Assembly: GCA_013239625.1 (NCBI GenBank)
Contig: MU054323.1
Span: forward strand, 5,073,220-5,137,219
Reading direction: 5' to 3'
DNA from: Lama guanicoe
Lineage: Eukaryota
DNA: 64,000 bases
The position numbers and the translations under genes were made by a program. The notes beneath the pieces are model-generated. The model was not told where the DNA came from, did not search any database, and worked only from the letters and a program-made list of their open reading frames with translations. Below are positions 25,871 to 39,811 of the stretch, piece by piece (position 1 is the stretch's first letter; every line of letters starts with the position of its first letter).

Positions 25871-26134
25871 AAAAGAAGTAAGAAAACATAATGAATTAGG
25901 AGGGGGACATCGCTTCAAATGCCAGTTTTCCATAGCCATCAATTTTTCACCCCATTGTTCTTACAGTTTGTTATTTTCTTTAAAAAAAAAACTGTCATTC
26001 CACTAATGCTCCAGCCTTGTCTGGGTGTGACACAGTCCCCTTTTCCTTGGGTTCTCACCAACAATCTTAGCTCTTCTCTGCTGTCCCAGGAGACAGAGAG
26101 GAGCTCCAATGAACCAGGGGAACACAGAAGGGGC

Positions 26135-26305
26135 TGAACAGTCCTAATCTCACATACTGACTGTGCAGAGTGGTCACTATTCTTAGAAGGGAGGTGAGGA
26201 CACCGAGGCTCGAGGGTTGGACCACCTCGCTTAAGGTCACACCACCAGGAAATGGCATGGATGCGATTTCACTCCAGACCTGGTGCTCATCCTCTTCCTC
26301 TGCAG
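26135..26305 (-). mobile_element. MIR SINE
   Basis: 'aatctcacat...gaggtgaggacaccgaggctcgagggtt...cgcttaaggtcacacc...gatttcactccag'. Confidence 0.65.
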
Positions 26306-29300
26306 CAGAGCTGGTTGTAAATCAGGCAGGCAGTCCGTTGAGCCCATGGTTTTGGCTGGTGTGAAGACGTTGAGGAAAGGTTTGTATTAAGATGCTCTAT
26401 GATTTTGGCACAAGAGCTGTGGAAGCATATGGGCCCCTGGAGAGGTTAGCAATATGAGCAAGAAATAGCAGGATGAGATTCAACTGGAAAAATGCTCACG
26501 AATACATCTGGAGACAAACAAGTGGAAACACACACGGTTAATGGGAAGCAGAGCAGCAGGGACCACAAGGGTTTGGAGAAAGTGGACACTTCATCATAAA
26601 GACATTGCCAAGAGGAGACGGGAGCAGAAGTGCAGGCATCACTTGGGCTGTGAACAAAAAAGACTTCATCTAACCCAGGCGAAAGGAAAAAAAAAAAGCC
26701 TTCTGCATGCCAGATGTTTTGAATCTGCAATGCCATTTTCACTTTGGGTCTCTGTGTTTTAAACAGAGCTTGACTAATGCTGAGGAATTCGGAGAGAGAG
26801 AGAATCACACATATAATTTAATACCAGAGGGGAAGAACTCACAAGGAACAAACAAACAAAAGAAGATCTTCTTACATCTCAACAATTCTGCAAAAGGCAA
26901 CTGTAAAAATGGCTGAAATGAGAATGTGCAAAGATGAAGGTGAACATGGCTCATATCAGTACCATTCTGGGCACTGGGTACCCTTAGTTACTTGATCTTC
27001 TGCCAAAGATAATTGGGAAATGGTCTCGTAAAATGTGGATGCTCCATGCCTGACGTCCGGTACCGACAGTGTGGAAGCTGACTTCATGCTGTTAGAGGGC
27101 AGGGGCTCGGGGGCTCAGAAGGCAGCCTGTTGCATTTCTGACCAGCTCTTAGTCTTATTTAACAGTCACTTACAAATGATGCCAATGGATGCCTGGCAGC
27201 ATCTTCTCTGGATGTAACGCAACAGACCTCAATCCCTGAGCTACACCCATGGGGCAGGGAAATGACACCATTTCCCAGTTTTGACTCTATTTTTTTTCTC
27301 CTTCTGTCAAAGAACAGTGGGTAGATTGGAAATGACCTGGGTGCACTGTTGTAGTAATTCCTCAACCAAATGTTGTTTTCCAATAACCATCTATCTTGGA
27401 AACTGTCTCTCCCATTATCTTTATCCTAACTGCTTGAAACAGATGGTACTTTATACCTTAAATTCATATCCAAGTCATTTCAACCACCACTGCCCTGTGA
27501 TTTGGGACTCTAGACCTGAGAAGGGGAAAAGCACGTTCACATTATAAAGTGTGAAAAAAAATGCCTTTAATGTAGAGGAACAGAAGGTGCTAGTGATTTG
27601 GGTGTGTTGTGTTACCTGCCTTTGAGAAATAAAGGGTCGTGCTCTTGGTGAAAATTCCCCATGTAAACCCTAAAAGATTCTCAAATTGAACATTTTCAGA
27701 ACTGTTCCTTAGATGTGACAAGAAAAGCATTAAACCCCCACCCTACCATGAAATTTCAGTGTCTTCTCATTCATTTAAGATTCTGAAAGGCAAGATTCTC
27801 CTTTCAAACACAGAAAGTGCTTCAGAACCATTTGCCAAATGCCTGGGTGGGTGACCTCAGTGGCAAAGCATAGTCACGGCTTAGCTAGTTCAGTGCAGTG
27901 GAATGTCCCAAGTTTGGAATTTTAAGTCAGCTAGATTGCTTTCCAATCTTTCCCTGGCCATGTAAAAACTGTGTGTGTTCAGAATAGTAACTTCAATTGT
28001 ATAGCCTTGATTTCCTGGTTGTTGCTGTTTTTAAGGGACAACTGTACCTAATGCACAGGGCTCTGATGGGGATTAAATGGGGAAAAAAATGCAAGATGAC
28101 TAGCACGATTCCTGGAATATAGAAGATGTTTAGCTAAAGTTCTTCTGCACCCTTTGCTCCTGCTTTGAGACCATCTGTGACATTTTTCTGGCCAATATCT
28201 CAAGTGCTGCCTTCCTCTCCATGGCCCATAGCCCCAAGGGAACTTTCTCGACAATGCTTCCCTGTGTGCCTCTCTCCTTTCCCCAAATGCGTTCAGCCCT
28301 CAACATCAACACAGCTCATTGGGACACTCTGCATATCTAGCTTTGCCACCATATTCTTTATTTAATTGGTACTTCACACACCTTGTGATCAGGTATGTGT
28401 CCCCAAGCTGAAGACCTGAAAGCAGGGGTTACAACAGGCTTCATCCCAGCCCAATGCCAACTTCATGGGAGATAAATTTAGATCAGCACTAACTGAACAC
28501 ATGATGTCACTCTGAAACGTGAACTGCAGACTCTTCATTTGTAGAGGATATAATATGTACTCTATCTACTTTTTAGCTTGGTTATAAAGATCAAATGAGA
28601 TAACATATGTGGAAAATTTATAATTCACAGAGCTTTTGTAAATGTATGTAATTCTTCTCTTATGATTATTTTATCCTATTTATCCTTTAACGACAATCTC
28701 AAGTATGAAAGGATGGTTTCACACTTGACTTTGAAGAACCAAGCCCAGAAAGTTTAGTCAGATAGCCTCAGACCCAGTACTAATATCTAGCTCCCCCATA
28801 TTCACGCACCTTCTTTCTATGGTCCATGCTTATAGTGTCCATATTATTCGAATAAAAAAGCAGGATATGGGACTTTCTAAAGACTCTATCAGGAAGCTAT
28901 ATATTACAGGTTCCTTCCCTCTTGACAGCATCCGAAGCATGTCTCTATTAATGGATATTGTATTTTACTGAAAAGATCCATGAAGGCCTCTCAGCCGTGA
29001 CGCTGATGCAACATTTATGACAACACACACATAGACGTTACCAAGTTGAAACAGTACTAGAGACTTGAAATTTCTCAACGTTCTGCCAAAACCCTGGAGG
29101 AATTTCTATTAACCAAAGCACAGATGACGTTTTGAGGGAATAAAAATGGCTAGGTGAAAAGGGAAGATGTGGAGCGATGGGAAACTGACGAACTTTCTGA
29201 ATTGCAATTTCTGCTTTATGCAAGAGAATAACCATCAAATGCATGTAATTGTTCAGAAATAGATACCTCTCTGCACCATCAGTTGATCAAACAGTGGAAG

Positions 29301-29309
29301 AAAGATACG

Positions 29310-29720
29310 ATTTTAAGTACAGTCCAGGTATGGGAAGAAAACAGACCTAGATTTGCCATCCAACCCTGCAACTCAGTAGTGATAGGGCTTTGCTAACTTT
29401 ACTCAATAGTTCTAAAATTCGAGATTTTTTATTGAGAAATAATTGGCACATAACTGTGCAAGTTTAAGTTGTACAGTGTGTTGATTTGATGCATTACCCA
29501 CAGCATTAACTAATGCTTCTATCATGTCACATAATTAGCATTTCTTTTTTGTGCTAAGAACGTTCGAGATCTAGTCTCTTCTCAAGTTGGAAGTATACAA
29601 TAAATGAGGATAGTAGTAGTGATTCCTTCATATAGTTCTGATGCAAATATATGTAAAGTTCCTCAGATGGTGAGTAGGACAAGGCGAAGTTCAGTACATA
29701 TTAGTTTTATTATTTTTATT
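29310..29720 (+). mobile_element. MIR interrupted by an antisense L1 3' fragment
   Basis: MIR-like 5' part at ~29310-29420 and MIR-like 3' part 'aaatgaggatagtagtag...atatgtaaagttcctcag...gttcagtacatattag' at 29602-29720. Confidence 0.6.
29425..29602 (-). mobile_element. L1MA-like 3' end
   Basis: 'ttttttattgagaaataattggcacataactgtgcaagtttaagttgtacagtgtgttgatttgat...gagatctagtctcttctcaagttggaagtatacaata'. Confidence 0.8.
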
Positions 29721-29729
29721 ATTACTCTA

Positions 29730-30261
29730 TGCTGGAGATGGTCTATTAGTATTCAGATACCCTCCCCGCTAGCAAAAAAAAAGAAAAAAAGAGATATACA
29801 CATGCACACAATCACACCCACACCCACACACCTAAGCCTCACAAGGTCTAGAAGCCTGGAAAATACAATTCTCAGATTCATGGATTCCAACATAGATTCC
29901 ATCAATGAAACTCACCTACACAAAATAAGGAAGATAGAAGAGAAAGACAACCATTGCTTTCATCCTCCAGGGGCTGGTAGAGGAAAGGGCAGAAGTAAAA
30001 GTAGGATTTAGAACTTTTCTGGGTCTGTTCCTATGAATCACTCACTCTGGAGCTGCAGGTCTTGGAGATCATGTGTGCAAATTTCCTGTCATTCCTACAC
30101 GTCTTGAGTCCCACCAAGTCAGTGGCTTTATCTGACCTTGGCTCCTGGCTTCCCCAGCTTTCCCAAAACTTTTATAAGTAGCTAATTTCCTATATTAAAT
30201 CCTTCCCACTTGAAATATCTAGAGTGACTCCTATCCTCCTGACCACATCTTGCATAATACA
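29730..30261 (+). mobile_element. ERVL solo LTR (LTR33/LTR16-like)
   Basis: TG...CA ends. The 3' end 'tattaaatccttcccacttgaaatatctagagtgactcctatcctcctgacc...taataca' resembles LTR33. Confidence 0.65.
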
Positions 30262-31794
30262 TATTCTTTCTGTGATCACAGCTGTCGTTTGGCTCAGCTG
30301 TGTCTAAACCAGGTAATTAATGGGCAGGTCTTGACCATCTGCCTGTGGGCGATGCCCTTGAGCTGGCCTCCATCTTAATCTCTGAGAGCATCTCCCTCCA
30401 AACAGAGGCTTATTTCTTCCCACACTTAGAACCACAAGATTGTCAAGATCTTTCCTCACTAAGGGAAGAATAAGAAGAAAACCACAACCACCACCACATC
30501 AAGAAACCCAGCCAATACAAGGTGCAGCAGCCTTGCAGTCAAGATGTAGACAAACAGAGTGATTTTTTTTTCTGACTTATAAAATTTGCTCCAACAAGCT
30601 TCTATTACCTATGCAAATAAAAGATAACATATTGCAAAATTAGATAATAGCCCAAGAAAAATGAAAGTGAAAACCCTTAGCTAACAAGGTTTCTACTCCT
30701 CAAATACTCTTGAGAACTTGATGGGGGAAAAAACCATGTGTAACTGACAATCATAGCCCAAGCACTGTGTGGAGATTCTGACACAAATCTGTTGAACTGA
30801 AGGGAAGTGGAAAATCAGGATTAGCCTGGTACCTTCAGGAGACAGGAAGACCGGTGTGATCCAGTTAGTTCCAGACCAGCTCCAGAGCCACTTTCCTTCC
30901 TCCATGTCTTCCCTGCCCACCTTCCCCAGCGCTCACCCCTTAAAGATGAAACATCTTCTCTGTGCAGGGGGACGTACCAGCCCCAGGCTCCCTCTGCCTT
31001 GCCCTCCCCACATCTGAGCAAGTGGATTTCAATAAACAAGCTTTTCCAGATTGGCACCCCTCGTTCTGACTCAGTACTTTTGACATTCTGGGTTAACTTA
31101 AAAAATAATAATAATAACAAAATTCCAGAAAGCTTAATTATTTAAAAGATGCGCTTTCACTAGAAGGTTACAGTAACATTTATTTCCCATTATAACTGAC
31201 AAAACAACTAAAAGTTGTGAAGAGTCTTACAGTTTTTCTGATGAGATAAACCTTTATTCTCAGGGACATAATTAACTTCTCTGAGAAGATGCGCTAAGTC
31301 TAAAATTCAAGGACATTTCTTTTAAAACTTCTGAAGGTCTGAGATTCTACATTGTAAATTCAGGCAATGAATTTTACCTTCTGTCAAAATATTTTAGTCC
31401 CCCTCCTCCCTATTTCTGAATTTTGAGTTTCAGTGGTTATTAGACCTATCCTTGAGAAGCCACAGATTCTCTGAAGCTGACATACTTCTACTACCAGAGC
31501 CCAGAGGACCAGTCCCCCCGGGTTCTCTACGACATTTGTGTCTCTGGGAGGTGAGTGAGGTTCTGTCCATCAATATGACTCACTAATGCTGTTGATTCAT
31601 GGCTATTTACTCAGTTTCTTGTGTACCCAGGGGTTTATACCCTGCTTTTTGAATTTTTTTTTTTTGACACAGAAGCCCAGACACCACTCTTTGGCTTTGA
31701 CTTCTGATGCACAGCACCACGTTTAGAATGTCCCTTCTCCACAGAGGGTGACAGGGCAGCTACTGCCATGAGACTAGTTTTTGCAATTAGGAAA

Positions 31795-32595
31795 AAAAAA
31801 AGTTATATGAAAAGTTATCTCAACATCATAGGATATCAGGCAAATGCTAATTAACATTGCAATGATTTATCTCTTCAGAGCCAACCAGAATGTCTCAACT
31901 TGAAAAAGATTTCTAATACTAAGGTTGTGGAGGCAAGGATGTGGAGTCTGGCACTAGAATTTTCATGAATCACTTGTGGGAGTGTAAAATGCTACAATTA
32001 TGTTCGAAAACAGCAAGCAGTTTCTTATCAATTTTATAATACACATACCACGTGACTGAACAATTTCACCCCTAGGTATTTATCCTAAAGAAATGAAATC
32101 AAGTTTCTACAAAAAGGCTTCCACGTGAATGTTCATATAGCAGCTTTATTCATAACAGCCCCGAACTAGGAAACCCAAATGTCCATGGATAGGAAAATGG
32201 ATAAACAAATAGAAGTATATTTGCACAGTGGAAAACTACTCAGCAATAAAAACAAGACATAAAGTATCATTCTTGAATCTCATAGACATTGTATGGAGTC
32301 AAATAAATCAGATATAAAAAATATCTACTCTGTGATCCTAGTTTAAGTGACGTTCTAGATTAGGCAAAACCATTTCATGGTAAGAGACATCAGAGGAGTG
32401 ATTCCTGCTGGAATGAGGAGTGTGGGGCTTAACTACAAGGTGGCATGAAGACATTTTTAAAGTGACGGAAATGTTTTCTATTCTGATTAGGACAGTAGTT
32501 GAATGGTTATGTATATTTGCCAAAACTCATTGAAATGTACACCTAAAATATGTATGTTTTACTGGATGTAAATTACACCTCAAAGTTATTTTTAA
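31795..32595 (+). mobile_element. Old L1 (L1ME/L1MD-like) 3' portion
   Basis: 'gcaaggatgtggag...gtgggagtgtaaaatg...caatttcacccctaggtatttatcctaaagaaatgaaa...gcagctttattcataacagcccc...tgtaaattacacctcaaa'. Confidence 0.9.
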
Positions 32596-32859
32596 ACAAA
32601 AGAACAAATCAAAAAAAAAGACTATCAGATAATATATTTCATAGGTCTCCATAAACAAGAAGAATAAATATTTTTAGAGTTAAGGACCCAAGAAAGGGGG
32701 TGTAGAGTAGAAGAGATGGAGGGTGAAATCCCAAACTCAGAATTGGTATGTGCAGTTGACCTTTCTGCTGTCTATACCACGTGTGAGCAATCCAGCAACA
32801 TATGGACAAGTCCAGAGGTGCAGAATCCCCTCACATGTGCAGTTAGTATCTTAAAATTT

Positions 32860-33050
32860 TCTAGACTGGACTAGGTTCAAACCCTGGCTATGACTTTCTT
32901 AGCTGCGTGATCATAAGACAATTGAATTTAAATACACAGAGCCTCCACTTTCTCAACTGGGAAGTGAGGAGGGTGTCAGTTCTTAGGGTTATTATAAGGA
33001 CCATCCTAAAAGAACACATGTGAATTACTTACGTCACTCAGTACATTTAG
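32860..33050 (+). mobile_element. MIR SINE
   Basis: 'ctaggttcaaaccctggctatgactttcttagctgcgtgatc...gagcctccactttctcaactgggaagtgagg'. Confidence 0.7.
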
Positions 33051-36000
33051 GTATCACTTTTAGCCTCATACGCAGCCTACTCATGGGGCAGAGAGCAGTC
33101 CAGACTGGGATGGCCAAGAGCCCGGTGGACAGCATGAGCAAACCCAACAGACATAGCCTCAGGCTCTGACCTCCCTCTTGTATGCTCGGCTCTGTCCAAT
33201 GAATCACAAGACGATATGACATGAAGACATGATGATATTGGAACATAGAAAACATCTTATTGGTGTCCTACAAAAGAAAAATGCCAGCACATCATAGAAC
33301 AATTCATGTTAAGCTCAGTTTCATCTAACTGAAAGCAGTAAGTTCAGATGTAAACATAATCAGACAAGGCCTTCTAAAACTAACCGCAAATCCATCTGTC
33401 AGGTACCAATGACTGGCAAATTCTTAGGACATACTGGGCAGTGCTTTGGACATCTTGCTTGCAGTCTTTATGGTTCCCCGGAGTGCTTTATGGTGCACGA
33501 GTCACAGGTCCAAGGTAACAAAGCTTCTGGGTTCCCTCTGTTTCAGACCCTCTTAGAGTTATAGCAAAAGTTTGCCCTCTTTCCTCCCAGTTTTCAGCAT
33601 TAAGTGGCAGCTGCTTACCTCCTATTAGTTTAGTCATCTCGAAGTAAACAAATGTCACTTCTCCTCTTATCAATTCAACCATGATCAAAACAAATAATAA
33701 ACCACATGTATAATTTCAAAAATACAGGTTCAACTGGAGTCTACTGTTTTTAGACTATGGCTGCAAGGGAGGGAAAAAAGTGTATAAATTGTCATCAGTT
33801 TGAAATGTTTAAGGTTGCTCAGAGCCCAAGTGCTTAGATTTTCCTACAGCCTCAATTACTCAGCCAAACCATGGTGATCACAGCTCATTAAAGCTCAGGA
33901 AAGAGAGTGCTTTTGTCTCTGGAACACACAGAGGCTACCTCTGGGTTGCCCCTGGGGCCCAGAAGAGATCATGTGAATGAAGACCCATTAAAAGGGGCCT
34001 TCAGCAACGAAGGATGTCATCCAGGAAGAAGCCCAGACCAGCCCTCCTGTGGACACCCTCCCGGGGGGCTTGTGAGCAGCCGGCCCTGCCCGAGGACCTG
34101 AAGATAAGAGCGTTAAGAGTGCAGAGGCAGAGACAGAGGAGCCAAAAACACAGGGCATCAAATAACATTTGGTGGTTTACCATCTCATTAAAAAAGTAGT
34201 AACAATGAATGATAGGAAATTTTAATACAGAAAAATTTAACAAAGGAAATAAAAATCTGGCATAAGCATATCACTCAACATTAAATATTAATAGTCTCAT
34301 CTTATTTTTTCTGCAGACATATGCATACACTTCCATGTAGAGAGTATTTTTTTTTAAGTTGGATTAGATTGGAAATGTTTTGTACACTGATTTTTCACTC
34401 CTCCGATACGATAGAAGTTCTTCCATCTAGTGCATTCAGAGTCGGTAACTGGCCAATCAATCAAAAAGTTCTGTAAAGCAGAGAATCCTTACAAAGCCCA
34501 TTCATTGCTTAAGCATATTATTTTCACCTACAATCTGTAAAGGTGCATTTATTAGCTGTGCTTTTGATGTAGAGCGAAGGTCTTGGCTTTGTGCTCAAGT
34601 CCTCTGATGAGAGTTTCCTTACAAAAGCTGCATTTATGATGCATGATCTACAATTCTATTTTTTGATATCTTTAAGTGAGAGTGAGAAGGCAGAGTCCCT
34701 GGAGAGTCAATCTGAGCCAAGAATGCTAAAATTTTACTGTTTCCCTGGTCTTTTACAGTGGTCTAACCATACCCAATCCCACACAAATTTTTTAGAACCT
34801 TCCCTTGCTAGAAAAAAACATCCGAGACATTTTTTCTTTGCACTTAATGGCTCCTTGATTTACATACTATTTAACTGACTTATGCAGTGCCAAGGGCAAG
34901 GGCAACTAGCATCAACATATTTGCTGACTTGTGATAAGCTCCCCACTAGTGGCGGGAGCAGATAGGCACCGGGACAGGGGTGAGGAGCCTGTAGGTCCTG
35001 AGATAAGCGTGCCTGGACACTGCTCAGTATGTTTACAAATGGAGTGCAGAGCTAAATTATTCTGATGAGCTGGTTGCATGACAGTTGGTTAGGAATCCTC
35101 TGTAATTATCAACTTCACTGTGTTTCAACAGTGAAAAAGTCCCCAGACTCTCGGAAAAGTTGTATAGGTGTTGGCAGAGATGAGTAATTCTACACTTAAA
35201 TGTACACTATCTCTAAGTGGTTCACCTGTGGATTTGGTGATACTAAAACCAAGCAGCATCCCTCTATGAACTCCGCCTTTCAGGATGAAGTTAGGGTGAG
35301 CAGGAAAGCTTAACTTGCATGCAGGGATTCCTCTTTTCAGCAACAGAACACCAAGCTACCTTCTGCTTCTGTCAGTAGTCACCTTACATTGATGGCTTTT
35401 GCATAATAATTCAGCAAGGAATGCTGATATCATCTTAGGTTAGGGGAAACTCATAAGTTTGCTGTTTTTCTAAAAGTAGCCTGATATTTCTTTTTCCTGC
35501 CAACATATTTTCTCGTAAGAGTCAACGATATTCTAAGTAATGTGCCTGGACAACGTGCTTTACAAGTACTTAACAAGGCATTCATTAGTAAGGCAGTTAA
35601 TGACCTTTAATCACATAATGAAATTCTTGCTAGAAATGTTTTATTCCACAACTTTTACCACTCATTATTTATTACTAATTAGTTACTACAGAGTAGTGAG
35701 CATTGTCTTGTGATAAAAAGGAGTTGTACAAAAGAACTAAAGAATTGCATGACTGGCAGTCCTTCAACTGAATACATATACTGTTGAATTCTTTGTGCCT
35801 GGACCCTTAGCTGCATGGTTCTTTTTCTCAACACAGGTAATTTTGTCTAAGACACAAATGCCATGTCTTTAAATATGGTCCAATTATTGCATTTATCCAT
35901 TTTCCATTTAAAACAGAAATGCTCTCAGGCATCTTAGCCTGGGGCTATACGAATGTTAACCATTCGAGAAGTCAAGCTCTGTAGCTCTGTGACAGGGCTT

Positions 36001-36744
36001 CTTTGGCAGCATGCAGATGCTCTGCTTAGCTGGCACAGTTAAAATTTATCAGTGTGGATAGCTATGTAAAATACATATTGTGTGTGCTCGTAATGGTGTA
36101 GATGCATTGCACATGTATACTCTCTCTACACACACACACACATATGTATATGCCTTTAAATAACCTTTAAAATAACTTTCCTCCTTTACTAGTAATCTTT
36201 GTTAATAGCTCCACCATCCATAGACACACAAGCCAGAACTCACAGAGGTTCCCTTGATGCTTCTTTTTCAAGTACCATATTTAATAAGAAGTCAAGTCAT
36301 TAGAATTTGACCTTTGAAATGTCTCTTACATTTCTGCTCTGCCTTTGGTCTGTTTTTGATTTCTCATTATTTCTCTTAAAGAAAACAGTATTTAGTAGCC
36401 TCTCCTCCCTCCTTAATAACTTGCATCTGTATCTTCCCAATTTGATTTTTTTTTCTGATTAAGAAAAGATTAGAGCAGGTTGTGAGTGGGGATGATGATG
36501 ACAGCAGGGAGACACTTGGGCCTTGAAGCAGGAGGTCATGTCTCAAGTTCCATTCTTTAGAGCAAGACAGTACTCAACTGACCAACACAGTGATGCAAGA
36601 GAGAGAGAAAACAAGCTTTCTACAAAAGTCTGACTTTTCAGAAGTCATAGATGAACCAAGTTCTTGAATCAGAGAATCCTACACTTACAGATCTAAAGGG
36701 GGCCTCGTCCATCATTTAGTCCAAGCCTGAAAACAATTACACTT

Positions 36745-37152
36745 TGTTACGTGTTGCATTGCATGGATTCCCTCAAAATTCATATGTTGAAGCCCTAAAC
36801 CACAGCACATCACATTGAGACTATTTGGAGACAGGCCCTTTACACAAGGTGATCAAGTTAAAATGAAGCTGTTAGCTTGGGCTGTAATCTACCCTGTGCA
36901 GTGCCACTAAAAGAAAAGGAAATGTGGACACACAAAGAGATGCCAGGGATGTGTCACAGAGGAGAGAGCCTGTGAGGCACAGGGAGAAGGTGGCCCTCTG
37001 AAAGCCAAGAAGAGAGACCTCAGAAGAAACCAAAGCTGCCAGGACCCGGAACTTGGAATTCTAGCCTCTAGAACCGTGAGAACGTAAGTGTCTGTTTTAT
37101 AAGCCACCTGGTCTCTGGTATTTTGTTACTGCATCTCTAGCTGACTAATACA
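36745..37152 (+). mobile_element. MLT1B-like solo LTR
   Basis: Full-length TG...CA: 'aaaattcatatgttgaagccctaa...tatttggagacaggcccttta...gagagacctcagaagaaacc...tctagcctctagaaccgtgaga...ctgactaataca'. A probable cactt TSD lies at 36740-36744 / 37155-37159. Confidence 0.9.
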
Positions 37153-39699
37153 CACACTTTTACTGACTCCAGAGAAGGAATGCTATCCTTCCCTGTCGCT
37201 CTGCACACTCTACTTTTTCAGGCAAAACAATATGGGAAATAATGATTTTTCATACTGGAAAGCATTTGGAGCGGTGTAAATCTCACAGGAAAGCATGATC
37301 ACAAGAGATTTGCAGCAATTAAACTTTAAAAAGCCTCTCAAGATCTCCCAAATTTAATGTGCACATTTCAACAAAGCCAAACGCTGACAAACATATCCCC
37401 TGAAGCAACACCACTAGAAAACGCCTTCTCGACTCCCTCATGATTCTAATTGTTTGCTTGATAACCTCTGCTCTCAACCAAATTCCCAGTGTGGAACCTG
37501 ATAGCGGTTGGATGGAAGCTGTAATGTACCATCTTAAAGGCATAGAATCTACATGTGAAAAAGAAACCCTATGGTTCAAAATGACTTATCCCATCAGTAC
37601 ATTTAACACAAAATTCAGTAAGACAGTCCTCAGACACAAAACATATTTTACCACAAGCCATTCATTGAAGAATCTGATCTCGAGTCCGAATCATTGCCCT
37701 GCTGCTGAGTTAAGGAATTGATTCTGCTCTGAACTTGAGTTATCACTATCATGGTCCAAGGCCACTTCTCCAGCCTGGTCACCAGAGGCTCAGCATACGT
37801 CTTCCTGTGATGCCCGTTTCCGATCTCTGGGTCTGGATGGTGTATGATTCAAGGTTCCTACCAGGGCTTTAGTAGCATGATAAGCCTTCAACAGAACGTA
37901 CTGAACATCAATCTGTAAGAGTCACTGAAGACTAAAGAGTCAAAGCTAAGTTACTCATCCATGGCCCTTTCTGATTTTTCTCTCTTTCAACTTTGTAATT
38001 AATTTTCTAGTTCAAGTAATATTCAAACGTTTTTTTCAAGCAGAAGGCCTTTGGATTCTGTATGGCTATAAATTTGCTTTGTTTGTTTGGAAGGTACAAT
38101 TTTTTTAATTTAAAAAAGGACACGTATTTATATATAAACATCAGTGCTTCTCTGTGGATTATGCACACTCTCGTTTGCCACAGTCCTCAGGGTTCTCACA
38201 ATACTTTGCCTTCTTCATAAGATACTTGAAGGGACCCTAAAGGCATTTGAGCTTTTGTGGCCCATAAGGGACATTTTGAAATCCCTCATCTGTAACATAA
38301 TTGGACCACCCAGAGGTAAATGTACTGTGTGAAATACGAAACTTCCAACAAGGAAAGCAAGTTCTAAAATGATGGTAAAACACAGGGGCTCGTGAGAGCG
38401 AGCTCCTTGGATGCCATAGTACCCAGTCACCAGAAGCTGGACAGTCTTCTCAGCTTTGACTTACATCCTCTTAGCATCTAACTGACTCCCAGTGTGATTT
38501 TCCCTAAAGTTCCCTTCTAAAAAGCAAATATATACTCTGAAAAGGGTAATAAATTAATCTATGAGATCAAGGATCTTATTTCCTGGAGGACGAACTTACA
38601 TATGACTTTTTTTTTTATAGTATCAGACAGGAAAATTCTGACTGAGAGTTGAGGAGACCAGACAGGAATTTCAGATGAGGGATGACAGTGAACATGAGGG
38701 TAGGATTCACAGAGCTTGAGTGCAGAAAAGGGGAGCCAGAGACAAAACACCTAATTCTAGAATTGAAGCTAATCTTTGCGTGGAAGGTGACCCTTGACTT
38801 TGGTAGCTAGAACCCTGTAACTTGAATTTCTCTGTGATATTTTAGGTTTAGGCACTTTCATTCTCTTTTTTAAAAAATAAATATATGGTGTTGAATAAGT
38901 AAATTATACATAAATTTAACTTAATGTTTCTCTATGAGACCTTCCATATAAACCAATTATTATACCAGGAATAGTCATTGGTAAATTAGGTGTTTCTGTT
39001 CAGAAAACATGCCCAAAGTGTTCTCATCGAGAAAACAGGCAATATCATCCTGACCTGCTTAGTATAATTGAGACAATGCAAGGGAAGTACCTCGCATTAT
39101 TAATATTGCTACCTTGGTTTATGAAAAGTACACTGAGTAACATGACAAAGATTAGTTCATAAGAGAACATAGCACTAACCTTAAGGGAGCATTAGGTGGG
39201 ACTAGAACCTTCCTTCGTGCATCCTTTCTGAAAGCATCTAGATTGCTAACTAGTTCTTCTCACCTCCATTCTGGGGTTTCCCTGGATTTCTAATTCCCCT
39301 CATTGCTGCACGTGGAGTAATTCATCTCTGTCCAAATTCTGACCGGCAGTCCCTCCTCTCCTTGCAATACTGGGTGAAACTAACGCTGTCCAAAAGCAGC
39401 TGCCACTCTCCTTAGAAACGTGTTTCATGCCTATTCATCACTACTTGTGCCCCCTTTGTTGAATATCACCTCCCATTTCAAAATACTTAGTAAGATAGTT
39501 TTCAAAAGTCTCACAACGCTCATAATGCTCTCCTAAAGAGTTACCAAGGTGGATAAACTGTCCTCCATCTGAATATTTTAAGCGCAGACATCCTCCCTAA
39601 GAAGCGTGGGTACAGCCACTAGGAGCAAGATGCGGAGATCACCCCATAACTGGGCAGAGTGCTCACCCTCAACACGCCTGACAATCCTCTCCACTGACT

Positions 39700-39811
39700 T
39701 CATCTCACAATGTATACATATGTCAGAACACCAAGTTGCACACCTTAAATGTATGCAATTTTTATTTGCCAATTGAACTTCAATAAAACTAAACAAACAA
39801 ACAAACAAACA
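39700..39811 (+). mobile_element. L1 extreme 3' end with (AAAC)n tail
   Basis: 'tcacaatgtatacatatgtcagaacaccaagttgcacaccttaaatgtatgcaatttttatttgccaattgaacttcaataaaact' followed by aaac repeats. Confidence 0.85.

Noticed and set aside
34940..34960. CTCF-like motifs (ccactagtggcg here; also ~50205 and ~51530)
   Set aside because: Each deviates from CCACNAGRKGGC in spacing or core positions.
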